From: a virus
Taxonomy: Duplodnaviria > Heunggongvirae > Uroviricota > Caudoviricetes
DNA length: 64,000 nucleotides
Virus record (IMG/VR): IMGVR_UViG_3300044878_000059
Span: 1-64,000 of that record
Reading direction: 5' to 3' (one strand)
The notes below the pieces were generated by a model that had not been told where the DNA came from, ran no database searches, and saw only the letters and a list, made by a program, of their open reading frames with translations. This document shows positions 1 to 8,663 of this stretch, piece by piece. How positions within the stretch are numbered: position 1 is the stretch's first letter; each line of letters opens with the position of its first letter. The position numbers and the translations under genes are program-made.

Positions 1-298
1 CCGGTCTGAGCGAAACGGTTCTTTGCGGTATCCCAGATGTTCCAATGCTTGATGCTGATCGCATCTTTATCGGTCGGTTCTGGAAGTTTCGGGCGTTTGT
101 CTGGAGCAACAACCGTTGCTGGCGCTCCAAACCCAACCAACCGAGCATTACCGTTCACCGGCTTCGGAGTCGCCTGTGCGAGCAACGCAGCATCCCACGC
201 CTGACGGGCATAGTCTTTTACGTTGTCGCGGATAGCGTCTTGAAAACCGAAGTTCGGGTAAATCTGATCGAACCAGACATCAAAACGATTAATATCCA
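1..298 (-). CDS. hypothetical protein, N-terminal part only; gene runs past window start
   Basis: ATG at 298 overlaps the stop of the upstream gene (ATGGATATTAA); the frame stays open to position 1 (about 99 codons); absent from the ORF track because there is no stop in the window. Confidence 0.35.
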
Positions 299-813
299 TG
301 TAACTCCATGAATACTTTCTCGCTCGCTTTAACGAACGATACGTTGAAGTCGTAGTAACCGTCACTGTCCATCAGGATTTTGCCCTGACCAACCAGATGA
401 AAGAACTGATCAGATGAACTACCACGCAACAGCATGGTATGACCCGCTGGCGTAGTGAACATAATCGCTACGTCGCTCTTGCCGTTATACAGATGTTTGA
501 ACTTGGCTTGCAGACGAACAACCGGAATATGGTCGAACAGTTCTACGTCGTGCAGACTTGGGCCGTTGTAAACGCCAACCGGAACATATTTCCGCAGGGT
601 GCTATCCCATTGGCTTTGGTACGACTGTGTACCATCCGGGGTCAGCGTGCCGTCGAGTGCAAATGCGGCTTTCGCGTCATCAATTGCTTGTTGCTGAACC
701 GCTGGGTTGCCACAATACACACGGCTGTTGGTGTAAGTGTAGATTTGACCGGTAACGGTGTTGCGACCAAGACGCCAAGCTTTACTTGGCGGGAGTTTAG
801 AAATGAACTGCAC
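289..813 (-). CDS. hypothetical protein (174 aa)
   Basis: complete ORF, non-repetitive composition, abuts neighbours. Confidence 0.45.
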   Translation of the reverse strand: MQFISKLPPSKAWRLGRNTVTGQIYTYTNSRVYCGNPAVQQQAIDDAKAAFALDGTLTPDGTQSYQSQWDSTLRKYVPVGVYNGPSLHDVELFDHIPVVRLQAKFKHLYNGKSDVAIMFTTPAGHTMLLRGSSSDQFFHLVGQGKILMDSDGYYDFNVSFVKASEKVFMELHGY

Positions 814-1260
814 TTATTTTCCTTTCAGTGTGAAACCAAAGCTGAGAACGTATCGCGTCCCACTTTCAACTTTGGAAACGGAATGTGTAGAGATATCTGG
901 ACGGAAGTACGCCAGAAACCGATTTTGGAAGATCACGTTACCGGCCCGGAACTCGCCACCAGCTTTAGCCGGTTTGATAAAGATGTTCAGGCGGTAATGA
1001 CGACGATCAGGAACGGTGTCAACGTGCGGGGCGATGTACGAACCCGGTTTGAACCGAAGCAACCACAGATCGAAGTTGATTTTCGATGAACTGATGATCG
1101 GCAGTTTGTCATAACCAGACTGTTGCCGACCGATTTCCCATTTAAACACTTTGCAGTTTCCCCATGAGTTTGTCGTGATACACAGCCGGTGATAACGTAC
1201 CCGATCCGCTCGCCCAAAATTCATAATCTGTTCGATCATGGTAGTATTGCCAATCACCAA
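814..1260 (-). CDS. 2OG-Fe(II) oxygenase-like protein; start uncertain
   Basis: HVDTVPD...H motif typical of the double-stranded beta-helix (DSBH) HxD...H iron site; every ATG start overlaps the upstream gene by at least 83 nt, so the true start may be non-ATG. Confidence 0.4.
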   Translation of the reverse strand: MVIGNTTMIEQIMNFGRADRVRYHRLCITTNSWGNCKVFKWEIGRQQSGYDKLPIISSSKINFDLWLLRFKPGSYIAPHVDTVPDRRHYRLNIFIKPAKAGGEFRAGNVIFQNRFLAYFRPDISTHSVSKVESGTRYVLSFGFTLKGK

Positions 1261-1504
1261 GAAGCTTGGTAATTTCTTGGGTTACCGGAAACCCAAGCGA
1301 TTGTTCAACCGCATTGTGAACCTTTTCATCACGCGACCCGAGATTTTCAAGAGTCATTTTGTAGTGTTCATCTTTGATCAGACAACCAACCGCACACATC
1401 TTGCCGTCGTCACCGCGATATCCACAGATACTGCCGATCATCGATCTAGCTTTCTGTTGCGTCAGGTGGTCACGAATCTTTTCCGAGATTTCGGTGAGTG
1501 TCAT
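1142..1504 (-). CDS. hypothetical protein, paralogue family A (120 aa)
   Basis: shares IRDHLTxQxAR...MCAVGCLIK.EHY motif with the adjacent 1504..1965 gene. Confidence 0.45.
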   Translation of the reverse strand: MTLTEISEKIRDHLTQQKARSMIGSICGYRGDDGKMCAVGCLIKDEHYKMTLENLGSRDEKVHNAVEQSLGFPVTQEITKLLGDWQYYHDRTDYEFWASGSGTLSPAVYHDKLMGKLQSV

Positions 1505-1965
1505 TACGGGCGAACCTCGTCGATGGTGGCCGGGTCGTTAAGCAGTTCATGGATTTTACCCGGTGAACGTGCTGGATTACCGAAGTATTCAGTTCCTTCG
1601 ATGTAGAACTGGTATTCTTCATCGTGATACGCCTGCCAGCTACTCAACAGAACATACGCCGGGTCGTCGTTACCACGCGATGGGTTGAATTGAAGACCGA
1701 CCGATTTTTCAACGGCTTCTTGAATCGGGTACGAATCGATACCCTGATGTTCGAAGTCTTCGCTGTAGTGTTCCGGTTTGATCAAACAACCAACAGCACA
1801 CATGTTGCCGTTCGGTGCTTTATACAGGCAATCGTCATCAGCGTGTGCCCGTGCGTTCTGTTTCGTCAGATGGTCACGGATGATTTCCGAAACCTCATTC
1901 AGTTTTGCGTTTTCGCTCACTGTGCTTGCCTCATTCGTTAATATGTGCCTATTAAAACACATCAA
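1504..1965 (-). CDS. hypothetical protein, paralogue family A (153 aa)
   Basis: tandem paralogue of 1142..1504 with the same MCAVGCLIK core. Confidence 0.45.
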   Translation of the reverse strand: MMCFNRHILTNEASTVSENAKLNEVSEIIRDHLTKQNARAHADDDCLYKAPNGNMCAVGCLIKPEHYSEDFEHQGIDSYPIQEAVEKSVGLQFNPSRGNDDPAYVLLSSWQAYHDEEYQFYIEGTEYFGNPARSPGKIHELLNDPATIDEVRP

Positions 1966-1969
1966 ACCG

Positions 1970-2464
1970 TCAGGCTAAACATTCCAGTGAATCAATTTTG
2001 TTTTCAAGGAACAGAACGTATTCACACAGCCGTTCAGCCTCACGATTCATACGGAATTGGTTCGAATCCCGGTTTGCCCGGTAGTCGTTCAACCACTTGT
2101 GGTTGTCCATGGTTTCGTTCAGGACGATTTCATCACGCCATTTGTTGCGCGAAGGTACGACCAGTTGCGGGTAATGCTTGACCCGGAACTTACCGTCTTT
2201 GAATTCGATTGTATCAAAGTCCTGTGCCACATCAGAACAACGTATCAAACCTCGACCGCTGTTGTAATGGACGGTCAGGAACTTGGCTTTGGTGTTCTGG
2301 ACTTTCTGACCGTAGGCGGATTCCCAGCAATACCCGAGCTTGAACAGTGTCAGTTGGATCGCAATACTGTTGGCGGGGCTGGTGCATTCGATTTGATAAT
2401 CATCTTTGATCATACAAGGCTCTGTGAGGCGTTTTAAGACGGTTTGATAGAAAACCAATACCAT
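1970..2464 (-). CDS. hypothetical protein (164 aa)
   Basis: complete ORF, dense packing with neighbours. Confidence 0.4.
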   Translation of the reverse strand: MVLVFYQTVLKRLTEPCMIKDDYQIECTSPANSIAIQLTLFKLGYCWESAYGQKVQNTKAKFLTVHYNSGRGLIRCSDVAQDFDTIEFKDGKFRVKHYPQLVVPSRNKWRDEIVLNETMDNHKWLNDYRANRDSNQFRMNREAERLCEYVLFLENKIDSLECLA

Positions 2465-2523
2465 CGCATAGGTGATAGATACAAAAACGCCCCCTGCGAG
2501 CTGCTAGGGGCGTTCTGGGTGGT

Positions 2524-2718
2524 TTAAACCAGTTTCATGATGTGACCTACCCACAGGGCAAGACCAAACACACCGATGATCATGTTCAGGATCATTTCAA
2601 CCATGTCGGCTTTGTGGTTGTACATGATGAAGGTTTTCGGTGGTCGGTGCAGCCGTTCCAAGCCGTAGGAAAACCGCATCAGGAAGATCACCGTAACGAC
2701 AGCCACGTAATAAATCAT
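2524..2718 (-). CDS. small membrane protein (2 predicted TM helices)
   Basis: two hydrophobic stretches in 64 aa. Confidence 0.4.
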   Translation of the reverse strand: MIYYVAVVTVIFLMRFSYGLERLHRPPKTFIMYNHKADMVEMILNMIIGVFGLALWVGHIMKLV

Positions 2719-2719
2719 T

Positions 2720-2926
2720 TCAATCCTTAGTTCTGTTCGATGCCTTATTGTAATTGATCACGGAACCCAAAAGCAAGCCCAAGAACACTACAAAACATGT
2801 TGACCCAATCAGAGTATGGTTTTCATGCTCGATCCAGCCCAACACGTAAAAGCTAAAGATTATCCCAATGGTACACAGGGTCACATTGATATAATAGAGC
2901 CGGGAAGTTAGTTTGTTCATATCCAT
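2720..2926 (-). CDS. small membrane protein (2 predicted TM helices)
   Basis: two hydrophobic stretches in 68 aa; promoter-like element just upstream. Confidence 0.4.
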   Translation of the reverse strand: MDMNKLTSRLYYINVTLCTIGIIFSFYVLGWIEHENHTLIGSTCFVVFLGLLLGSVINYNKASNRTKD

Positions 2927-2953
2927 TCCTCAATTGATTCATTTGAGTGAAGT

Positions 2954-2987
2954 ATATGGCATTTGGTTCAGTTTAATAAACATTCGC
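2954..2987 (-). promoter_or_regulatory. phage promoter, AATGTTTA-N19-(-10) class
   Basis: minus strand AATGTTTA, then 19 to 20 nt, then ATATAC/TATACT. Confidence 0.45.
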
Positions 2988-2990
2988 GAT

Positions 2991-3022
2991 AAAAAAAGGG
3001 CCGCAATTGGCCCTTTTGTTTT
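2991..3022. terminator. bidirectional rho-independent terminator
   Basis: AAAAAAA GGGCCGCAATTGGCCC TTTTGTTTT. Confidence 0.7.
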
Positions 3023-3293
3023 AACGCTTCGGTTTGGTGTAGTTGAATTTGTCTTTGTACTGATCGTACAACTTCGCCTTCGTCTTCACACCGGCACTGG
3101 TGGTTTCCAACTGTTCGTTGCATACCAACGTCCAACGCGGGTCGATGGTTTTACTGCCGTAACCGATACGGACAGTCTTAGGCAGAATCTGGGTAACGAT
3201 GTCGATATCAACACCGCTGCCGCTGCCGCTCCAAGTGATATAATCACCTACCACGACTTCACGACCGATTCTATCTTTCAATTCTGGTGACAT
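3021..3293 (-). CDS. small protein, MKD-GRE paralogue family (copy 1)
   Basis: N-terminus ELKDRIGREVVVGDYI resembles the three tandem paralogues at 5474..6240. Confidence 0.45.
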   Translation of the reverse strand: MSPELKDRIGREVVVGDYITWSGSGSGVDIDIVTQILPKTVRIGYGSKTIDPRWTLVCNEQLETTSAGVKTKAKLYDQYKDKFNYTKPKR

Positions 3294-3512
3294 TTAAGCC
3301 CTTTTGTTCGCTGGGTTGTTGATTTCCGCGATACGCTGGAAGTGTTTGACTGCTTTAACCTTGTCGCGCATTTCTGGTTTGGCACCGAAGAAGCACGGGT
3401 CTTTCAGTTCCATTTTGATTTTCGAATCAGACCAACCAGCCAGAGTCTTGCGACCGTGTGGGGTTTTTTGCAGTTCGGTTTTGATCAGACCAACAATAGT
3501 GTCGTAGATAGA
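3294..3512 (-). CDS. hypothetical protein (about 72 aa, internal start chosen)
   Basis: first 16 codons of the ORF overlap the upstream gene; Met17 (MSIYDTIV...) chosen as start. Confidence 0.3.
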   Translation of the reverse strand, partial: SIYDTIVGLIKTELQKTPHGRKTLAGWSDSKIKMELKDPCFFGAKPEMRDKVKAVKHFQRIAEINNPANKRA

Positions 3513-3560
3513 CATCAAACTTACCTCGAAAAGAAAATGGATTACATCAAACTGCGGCAT

Positions 3561-3890
3561 TCACTTGTGGGTGCCTGCTAAGTGACCTTTACTGGTTGCA
3601 TGCCATTGATCGCATTTTGGGCACTGATAAACCTCGTTGCACTTGTAGTTGCGTTTGAACTTCGACAACCCAAGGATCAACAAGGCATCAGCCTCAGATT
3701 TGAAAGCACGTTTGAAACAGATGAAGCTTTCTTTGACACGCCAGCCGATGACCTTTCCATCAAACCGGACTTCCTCTGCTCCAAACTTTTGATACAACGC
3801 CTTCACCTTTTCACGGCGAACGGCTGGATCACGATACTGAATGCGGGTGGCTTGAACTAGCTCCCGGCTAAAGCGGTTATTCTCAATCAC
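3561..3890 (-). CDS. hypothetical Zn-ribbon protein (109 aa)
   Basis: CPKC...C motif, basic composition. Confidence 0.4.
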   Translation of the reverse strand: MIENNRFSRELVQATRIQYRDPAVRREKVKALYQKFGAEEVRFDGKVIGWRVKESFICFKRAFKSEADALLILGLSKFKRNYKCNEVYQCPKCDQWHATSKGHLAGTHK

Positions 3891-3970
3891 GTTGCTGGCT
3901 CCGATTCTGTTCTGTTGCTTAATGACAGAATTGTAACAGCTAACTCACTCTTTCTAAACAGTTTTTCTGG

Positions 3971-4162
3971 TTATTTGAAGCAAGCCGGACGAACGGGCAT
4001 TCGCATCCAATGGGTAATCGCCGGGTCTTTGGTCAACAGTTCGATTGCTCGTTCCAGTCTACCAGTGGCCCAATACCCCAAATTCACGTTCCATAACAGA
4101 ACTTGCCCGAGTGCATCACAGTCGGCTTGCGTCGGGAGAACCCGCGCAGCGATTGCAATCAT
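3971..4162 (-). CDS. hypothetical small protein (63 aa)
   Basis: ORF only. Confidence 0.2.
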   Translation of the reverse strand: MIAIAARVLPTQADCDALGQVLLWNVNLGYWATGRLERAIELLTKDPAITHWMRMPVRPACFK

Positions 4163-4545
4163 TCGATATCATCCATGTGGTGGGCGTATTGCAGGAACCG
4201 GGCACGTTTCTTGGCCTTGAGTGCATCCCAGTCGGACGCATCAATCACACCGTTCTCAATCAATAGATCGGTCATGGCTGCGATGTCGGCAAGTTCGGAT
4301 GTCAGGTTTGTTCTGTTGGTTACCGACAAAGCGTCGGTTGGTTTGCGGGAGTCCAAGCCATGGCGAAGAATCTTGCCAATGACTTGAACGACTTCGCCGC
4401 ATTCCTCTGATGTACCGCCGATCAACTCAAGTTGCTTCGGGGTCAGGTTGTTGAAGTGTCTCAATGAAGCCAGCCTTCTTTCGATAGAATTCGACGGCAT
4501 TCGGGATCGCCAACCATTCAGTATGATGGAATCCGGCCTTGTCAT
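4159..4545 (-). CDS. MazG-like nucleotide pyrophosphohydrolase-like protein; start uncertain
   Basis: ELIGGTSEECGEVVQV...E...D acidic-helix pattern; N-terminus overlaps 4427..4894. Confidence 0.3.
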   Translation of the reverse strand: MTRPDSIILNGWRSRMPSNSIERRLASLRHFNNLTPKQLELIGGTSEECGEVVQVIGKILRHGLDSRKPTDALSVTNRTNLTSELADIAAMTDLLIENGVIDASDWDALKAKKRARFLQYAHHMDDIE

Positions 4546-4894
4546 CGACGATGATTGACATGTAGAACTTTTCAGCCACGTTACAAGTCACCGTGCCGGG
4601 TTCCATCGGATTGGAATTGAAGCCAGAAATACGAATTCCGGCATCCGCAAAGAACTTGAGGATGTGCGGCTTTTCTTCTTCCTGAACAGAACTCCAAAGG
4701 ATCAGATGGGTTTCTGGATGTTCCACCAGTCGTTGCAGGGCGGTTTTGGTGTAATCGCCAAGCCATTCGTAGGTGAATGGAACATAGGTTGACTTGAGGC
4801 ATGTACCGTGAAGATCGAGTGCCCAATACACCCGATCCCACTTACGTTCAGCAGTTTTTTGATAAGCTTGTTCAATTGCTCGGAAGATTGTCAT
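4427..4894 (-). CDS. hypothetical protein (155 aa)
   Basis: complete ORF; LDLHGT segment loosely resembles a HAD motif I. Confidence 0.35.
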   Translation of the reverse strand: MTIFRAIEQAYQKTAERKWDRVYWALDLHGTCLKSTYVPFTYEWLGDYTKTALQRLVEHPETHLILWSSVQEEEKPHILKFFADAGIRISGFNSNPMEPGTVTCNVAEKFYMSIIVDDKAGFHHTEWLAIPNAVEFYRKKAGFIETLQQPDPEAT

Positions 4895-5108
4895 TTGATT
4901 TAACGAGTTCCAGAATTTTCAACAGGCCGATTGCACGCTGACCGTCAGCGGTAATCAGTGTTGGAAGTGAACGAATGTTGTTCGCCGTGGCCGCGTCATG
5001 GTCTTTGTCGATATCGACGTATTCATACGCATAGCCGAGTGCGTCAAGTTGGGATTTTGTAGCGTTGCAATTGCCGCACCATACGGCACCAAAAATTTTG
5101 TTAGACAT
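4872..5108 (-). CDS. glutaredoxin/NrdH-like thioredoxin-fold protein
   Basis: WCGNC redox motif near the N-terminus, 78 aa. Confidence 0.5.
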   Translation of the reverse strand: MSNKIFGAVWCGNCNATKSQLDALGYAYEYVDIDKDHDAATANNIRSLPTLITADGQRAIGLLKILELVKSNDNLPSN

Positions 5109-5135
5109 CTTGTTCCTGAGTGAATTTAGCCGGGG

Positions 5136-5417
5136 TCACTCATCGCGTGGGCCAACCTCCGGCAGAAGTGAAAATGGATACCAAAGTACCCGCCGAGGCA
5201 TGTTGATGGTTTGTTTCAAGCGTACAGGGATGATCTGGATACACGGCCCGGACGAACTGTATTCGCTGGCGTATTTGTGACGATGTTCATGCACTGCGAT
5301 TTTACCGGGTGCCGGGTAACCTTCGACCCGATACAAACGGCCTTCGTCGTTTTGATCCAGTCGAATGAACCAGTCGTCGATTTCGAGATTTTTACCGTAA
5401 CGATCTACAAGCATCAA
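5136..5417 (-). CDS. hypothetical protein (93 aa)
   Basis: ORF with an upstream promoter-like element. Confidence 0.3.
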   Translation of the reverse strand: MMLVDRYGKNLEIDDWFIRLDQNDEGRLYRVEGYPAPGKIAVHEHRHKYASEYSSSGPCIQIIPVRLKQTINMPRRVLWYPFSLLPEVGPRDE

Positions 5418-5442
5418 AATGCCCCTTCTGTTTTGAAACTGA

Positions 5443-5476
5443 ATTGTATCAGATTAGAACAGAAGGTTAAACATTA
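5443..5476 (-). promoter_or_regulatory. phage promoter, AATGTTTA-N19-(-10) class
   Basis: AATGTTTA N19 TACAAT. Confidence 0.5.
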
Positions 5477-5722
5477 CGGCTTGAGTTGGTTGAGGACTTC
5501 CGATGGTGGAATCATCAAGGCACGGTCGTTGCCAGTCAGTTGCACCGAGGTTGCGAATTTTGGGTTGCCATCTTTATCAAACCCACGGAATTTCTGTGCA
5601 ACGACAACACGGTCAAACACTTCAAGGATTTCATAGAAACACATGCAAGCTGAACGGCCTTGGGTCATTGCGTAGGCGATATAGCTGCCAACTACGATTT
5701 TGCGATTGAGACAGTCTTTCAA
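5474..5722 (-). CDS. small protein, MKD-GRE paralogue family (copy 2)
   Basis: MKDCLNRKIVVGSYIAYAM N-terminus. Confidence 0.45.
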   Translation of the reverse strand: MKDCLNRKIVVGSYIAYAMTQGRSACMCFYEILEVFDRVVVAQKFRGFDKDGNPKFATSVQLTGNDRALMIPPSEVLNQLKP

Positions 5723-5965
5723 TTAAACCTCATTGATTGGTAATTGGTTTTTGTCGATGATCATCATTTTAGACGCATCGTTCAGCCCGACAGCCCTGTA
5801 CGAAAATTCATAGCCGGACGGAACGGATTTATCAAACAGGTACTTGAGTCCTGAGATACCGTCCTTGTTCACCTTGGTAACCTTGTAGAAGGCCAGCCCG
5901 TGGGTGTTCATGGCGTAGGCAATGGTTTGGTTCAGGGAGATTTCACGACCGAAGCAATCTTTCAC
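5723..5965 (-). CDS. small protein, MKD-GRE paralogue family (copy 3)
   Basis: MKDCFGREISLNQTIAYAM N-terminus. Confidence 0.45.
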   Translation of the reverse strand: MKDCFGREISLNQTIAYAMNTHGLAFYKVTKVNKDGISGLKYLFDKSVPSGYEFSYRAVGLNDASKMMIIDKNQLPINEV

Positions 5966-6240
5966 GGTACGGCCTTCGGTTCTGGTGCGTTGGCGTAGAT
6001 CGGCAACAGTTCTTTGGGAATCATGACCATGTGGCGAGCTTTCGACAGGCTGACCTTGTTATAGGTCTTGAAACCGTCCGGGGCGGTAGGATCGAAATTG
6101 CATTCCTGAGCCTGCACGCTTCGTTCACGGTTGACGGTGACTTGGTACACGGCCAGACCGGCACGACCACTTGGGTACACGATAAACGCACCCTCGAACA
6201 GTTCACGTCCAAATTTGTCTTTCATCTTTTCTCCGGGCAA
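5962..6240 (-). CDS. small protein, MKD-GRE paralogue family (copy 4)
   Basis: MKDKFGRELFEGAFIVYP N-terminus. Confidence 0.45.
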   Translation of the reverse strand: MPGEKMKDKFGRELFEGAFIVYPSGRAGLAVYQVTVNRERSVQAQECNFDPTAPDGFKTYNKVSLSKARHMVMIPKELLPIYANAPEPKAVP

Positions 6241-6268
6241 TAAAAAAGGGCCGCTAACGCGACCCTTT
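6241..6268 (-). terminator. rho-independent terminator after the lipoprotein gene
   Basis: GGGCCGCTAACGCGACCC hairpin with a T-run on the minus strand. Confidence 0.55.
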
Positions 6269-6285
6269 GAAGGTGGGGTTGTGTA

Positions 6286-6549
6286 TCAGCCTTTGTCGTC
6301 CAACAGACGATCACATGCAAGGCTACGTGCGGTTTCTTCGCACTCTTGGCGGTTCTGCTTGGTCTTCGGTGCCATCATGTAACAGGCGTTGAACTGTTGG
6401 ATTGCCAACTGTTTCTGGGCCAGCGTGTTACACGAATACATCACACGGGACGAATCGACCCGGCCTTCAACATGCAACATTTCTTCTTTACCAGCACAGC
6501 CGGTCAGACCAATTGCAGCCAAAGCCAGTGCAGCGAATTTCATTTTCAT
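6286..6549 (-). CDS. lipoprotein (signal peptide plus lipobox LTGC), Cys-rich
   Basis: MKMKFAALALAAIGLTGC N-terminus; terminator follows. Confidence 0.55.
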   Translation of the reverse strand: MKMKFAALALAAIGLTGCAGKEEMLHVEGRVDSSRVMYSCNTLAQKQLAIQQFNACYMMAPKTKQNRQECEETARSLACDRLLDDKG

Positions 6550-6562
6550 GGTTTGTAGTCCT

Positions 6563-7201
6563 TTAATAGATTGGGTCTGTAAGTACCAGTTGCATGTTTC
6601 GTTGCATCCAGTTCTTACCGTGGCAGTCGATGTTCACCTTGGAACCTTTCCCAGCCATCCAGATTACGATGTCGGCCAGATGTGTATGACTATAGCCACC
6701 AACCCAACGCAAGTCAAACCACTTTTTCAAATAAAAGCCGATTCGTTCGTGCTTTCTTTTCCGGGTCAGGTTCATAAGACCGAATACCGGTGAACGCACG
6801 GCCTGAACCACGTCAAACATACCAACACTGTGTTCAATGCAGGCATCTTCCAACAGTTCCATCCGGGCAATACACCACCCGTGGCTTTCATGCAGTTCGT
6901 AGATTTTAGGCAGCATTGGGTTCGATTGCCAATTTTCCATGGCATAACGAGCGTAAACAGACCATTTGTCGTTCGGATCATGGGTGACTTTGATTGCTTC
7001 ACCCTTCCAACGGAACACGACCGAATATGCACCAGAACCCAGAACCCGAACACCTTCACGACAGATGTTGAAGATCAAATGTTGCTTGTCAACCGGTCTG
7101 TCCTTGAAATGCTCGAACATGAACGCCGGGATGTCACCGAATCGACCGTATGTGAACAGTTTTGCTACTTCAATGTAGCGATCAATGATTACTTCTTCCA
7201 T
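6563..7201 (-). CDS. protein kinase-like fold protein (212 aa)
   Basis: Gly-rich loop LGSGAYSVVF followed by AIKV lysine, and DCHGKN catalytic-loop-like motif. Confidence 0.45.
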   Translation of the reverse strand: MEEVIIDRYIEVAKLFTYGRFGDIPAFMFEHFKDRPVDKQHLIFNICREGVRVLGSGAYSVVFRWKGEAIKVTHDPNDKWSVYARYAMENWQSNPMLPKIYELHESHGWCIARMELLEDACIEHSVGMFDVVQAVRSPVFGLMNLTRKRKHERIGFYLKKWFDLRWVGGYSHTHLADIVIWMAGKGSKVNIDCHGKNWMQRNMQLVLTDPIY

Positions 7202-8118
7202 GAAAAACTGTTCCCTTCCACCAGTTGATACGATTTCGACGTTGCAAATGGGTCATTCAGTACCGGAATACTGCCGCGAACCATGATGTTGTAATCACCC
7301 AGATCATCGGATTCGGATTTGGTCTTGATTGCAGTTGCATCAAACACCTGCGAAATCTGAATCAGAGCTTCCCGGTCGATGGCAGCCATGAGAACAAAAG
7401 TCTCATATTCCATCATTTCGGAAATGTACTCCCCGAAGTTCAGTTCGGGATGATACGATTCAGCCAAATCACGGAAGCAACCGCCATCCGGGGCCGACAG
7501 GTCGTGGTTTTCAGCCAGCGATTCAACAACCATCGCATAGTGACGACCACTTTGATACAACCCTTCGATCTTCGGTGCGAAGATGTTGCCCTGAATCTCG
7601 GTGCAGGCTTTGGCCCAATCAAAACCGCCATCGTCGCCCCAGATATAATCGTCGTCGGCAATGTTCATTTTGATAACCAAGTCGTCGCCAAGATCATACG
7701 CAACGCTGTACGAACCGCTTCCGAGTTCTGGGAAGTGGCTTTGCATCACGGTACGGATGAAATGACGGTCAAGGCCGGGGCCACGGTTCGGGCCTTCGCT
7801 GCCCACCAGACCGGTTTCATCGCCTTCGAAGTCTTCACCAAGGGTTTCTTGGCTGGCATACTGCGAAAACAATTGTATCAAAGCTTCGGGGATGTCACGC
7901 GGTTCCATAGCTTTGATCGACTCCATCGCATCGTTACAATGCTCCTGAGCTTCCACCCAGCGGTCGATTTGAACTTCGGCTGGTGCCTTGAACTCCACAG
8001 GGAATTCAATTGTATCAATTACCCGTGGTGCCAGCTTTTCCATAACCGGCTGGTACATATGGCACACGTCCAAGTCAACAAACGGACGTACTTCGGCCAA
8101 AGCTTGCTCTACAACCAT
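7189..8118 (-). CDS. protein kinase-like fold protein (309 aa), paralogue of 6563..7201
   Basis: LGSGSYSVAY...VIKM and DYNIMV motifs; acidic. Confidence 0.45.
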   Translation of the reverse strand: MVVEQALAEVRPFVDLDVCHMYQPVMEKLAPRVIDTIEFPVEFKAPAEVQIDRWVEAQEHCNDAMESIKAMEPRDIPEALIQLFSQYASQETLGEDFEGDETGLVGSEGPNRGPGLDRHFIRTVMQSHFPELGSGSYSVAYDLGDDLVIKMNIADDDYIWGDDGGFDWAKACTEIQGNIFAPKIEGLYQSGRHYAMVVESLAENHDLSAPDGGCFRDLAESYHPELNFGEYISEMMEYETFVLMAAIDREALIQISQVFDATAIKTKSESDDLGDYNIMVRGSIPVLNDPFATSKSYQLVEGNSFSWKK

Positions 8119-8183
8119 TTCCCCGAAACCCCAATGATCAAATTGTTTGGCACTGCCTTATTTTGTTCTAAGGCTTATGCGAT

Positions 8184-8663
8184 TCAGTTATTTTCCAACA
8201 GTTTCTGTGCCCGGTCAAGCTCCAAATACGAGATTTGGTACTTTTTCATGCGGCTGATGTCATTTTCTGTAACACCTTTCAACCGGGTCAGGCTGGAATT
8301 GTGTTTGATGTCGCCCTTCTTGATCTTGATCAGGCGCAAATCATTGGTAGCAATGATCCGTGCGATGAATTCACGATACGATTCGTCAGGGCGACGTGTC
8401 AGTTGATCGACCAAATGCAGCAACGAAACCTTGTTGTATTTCATTGCGATGTTGATCAGACGTTCCATGTATTCTGGTTTGTCTTCTTTCAGGTCGTGGG
8501 CGAATGCAGCGGCCAAATAGGTATCGCCACCAACGCCCATATGACGGGCATTCTCCATAACGGCAAAGCAATGCAGCACGTATGGACGACCACCTTTGTC
8601 AGTCACGTTAGCGAATGCTTCCGAAACCAACGCAATTACTTCACCAAGGAGAGTTGCCATCAC
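8184..8663 (-). CDS. HD-domain hydrolase, small alarmone hydrolase (SpoT/Mesh1)-like
   Basis: RPYVLH...AAFAHDLKED pattern matches the RelA/SpoT HD hydrolase core. Confidence 0.5.
   Translation of the reverse strand: MMATLLGEVIALVSEAFANVTDKGGRPYVLHCFAVMENARHMGVGGDTYLAAAFAHDLKEDKPEYMERLINIAMKYNKVSLLHLVDQLTRRPDESYREFIARIIATNDLRLIKIKKGDIKHNSSLTRLKGVTENDISRMKKYQISYLELDRAQKLLENN

Noticed and set aside
45-311. 88-aa plus-strand ORF at window start
   Set aside because: Arg/Ser-rich nonsense translation; the minus strand carries a better, outward-running gene.
7225-8406. 393-aa plus-strand ORF
   Set aside because: Entirely antisense to the two kinase-like genes and the HD gene; low-complexity composition; no initiation signals; treated as a shadow ORF.
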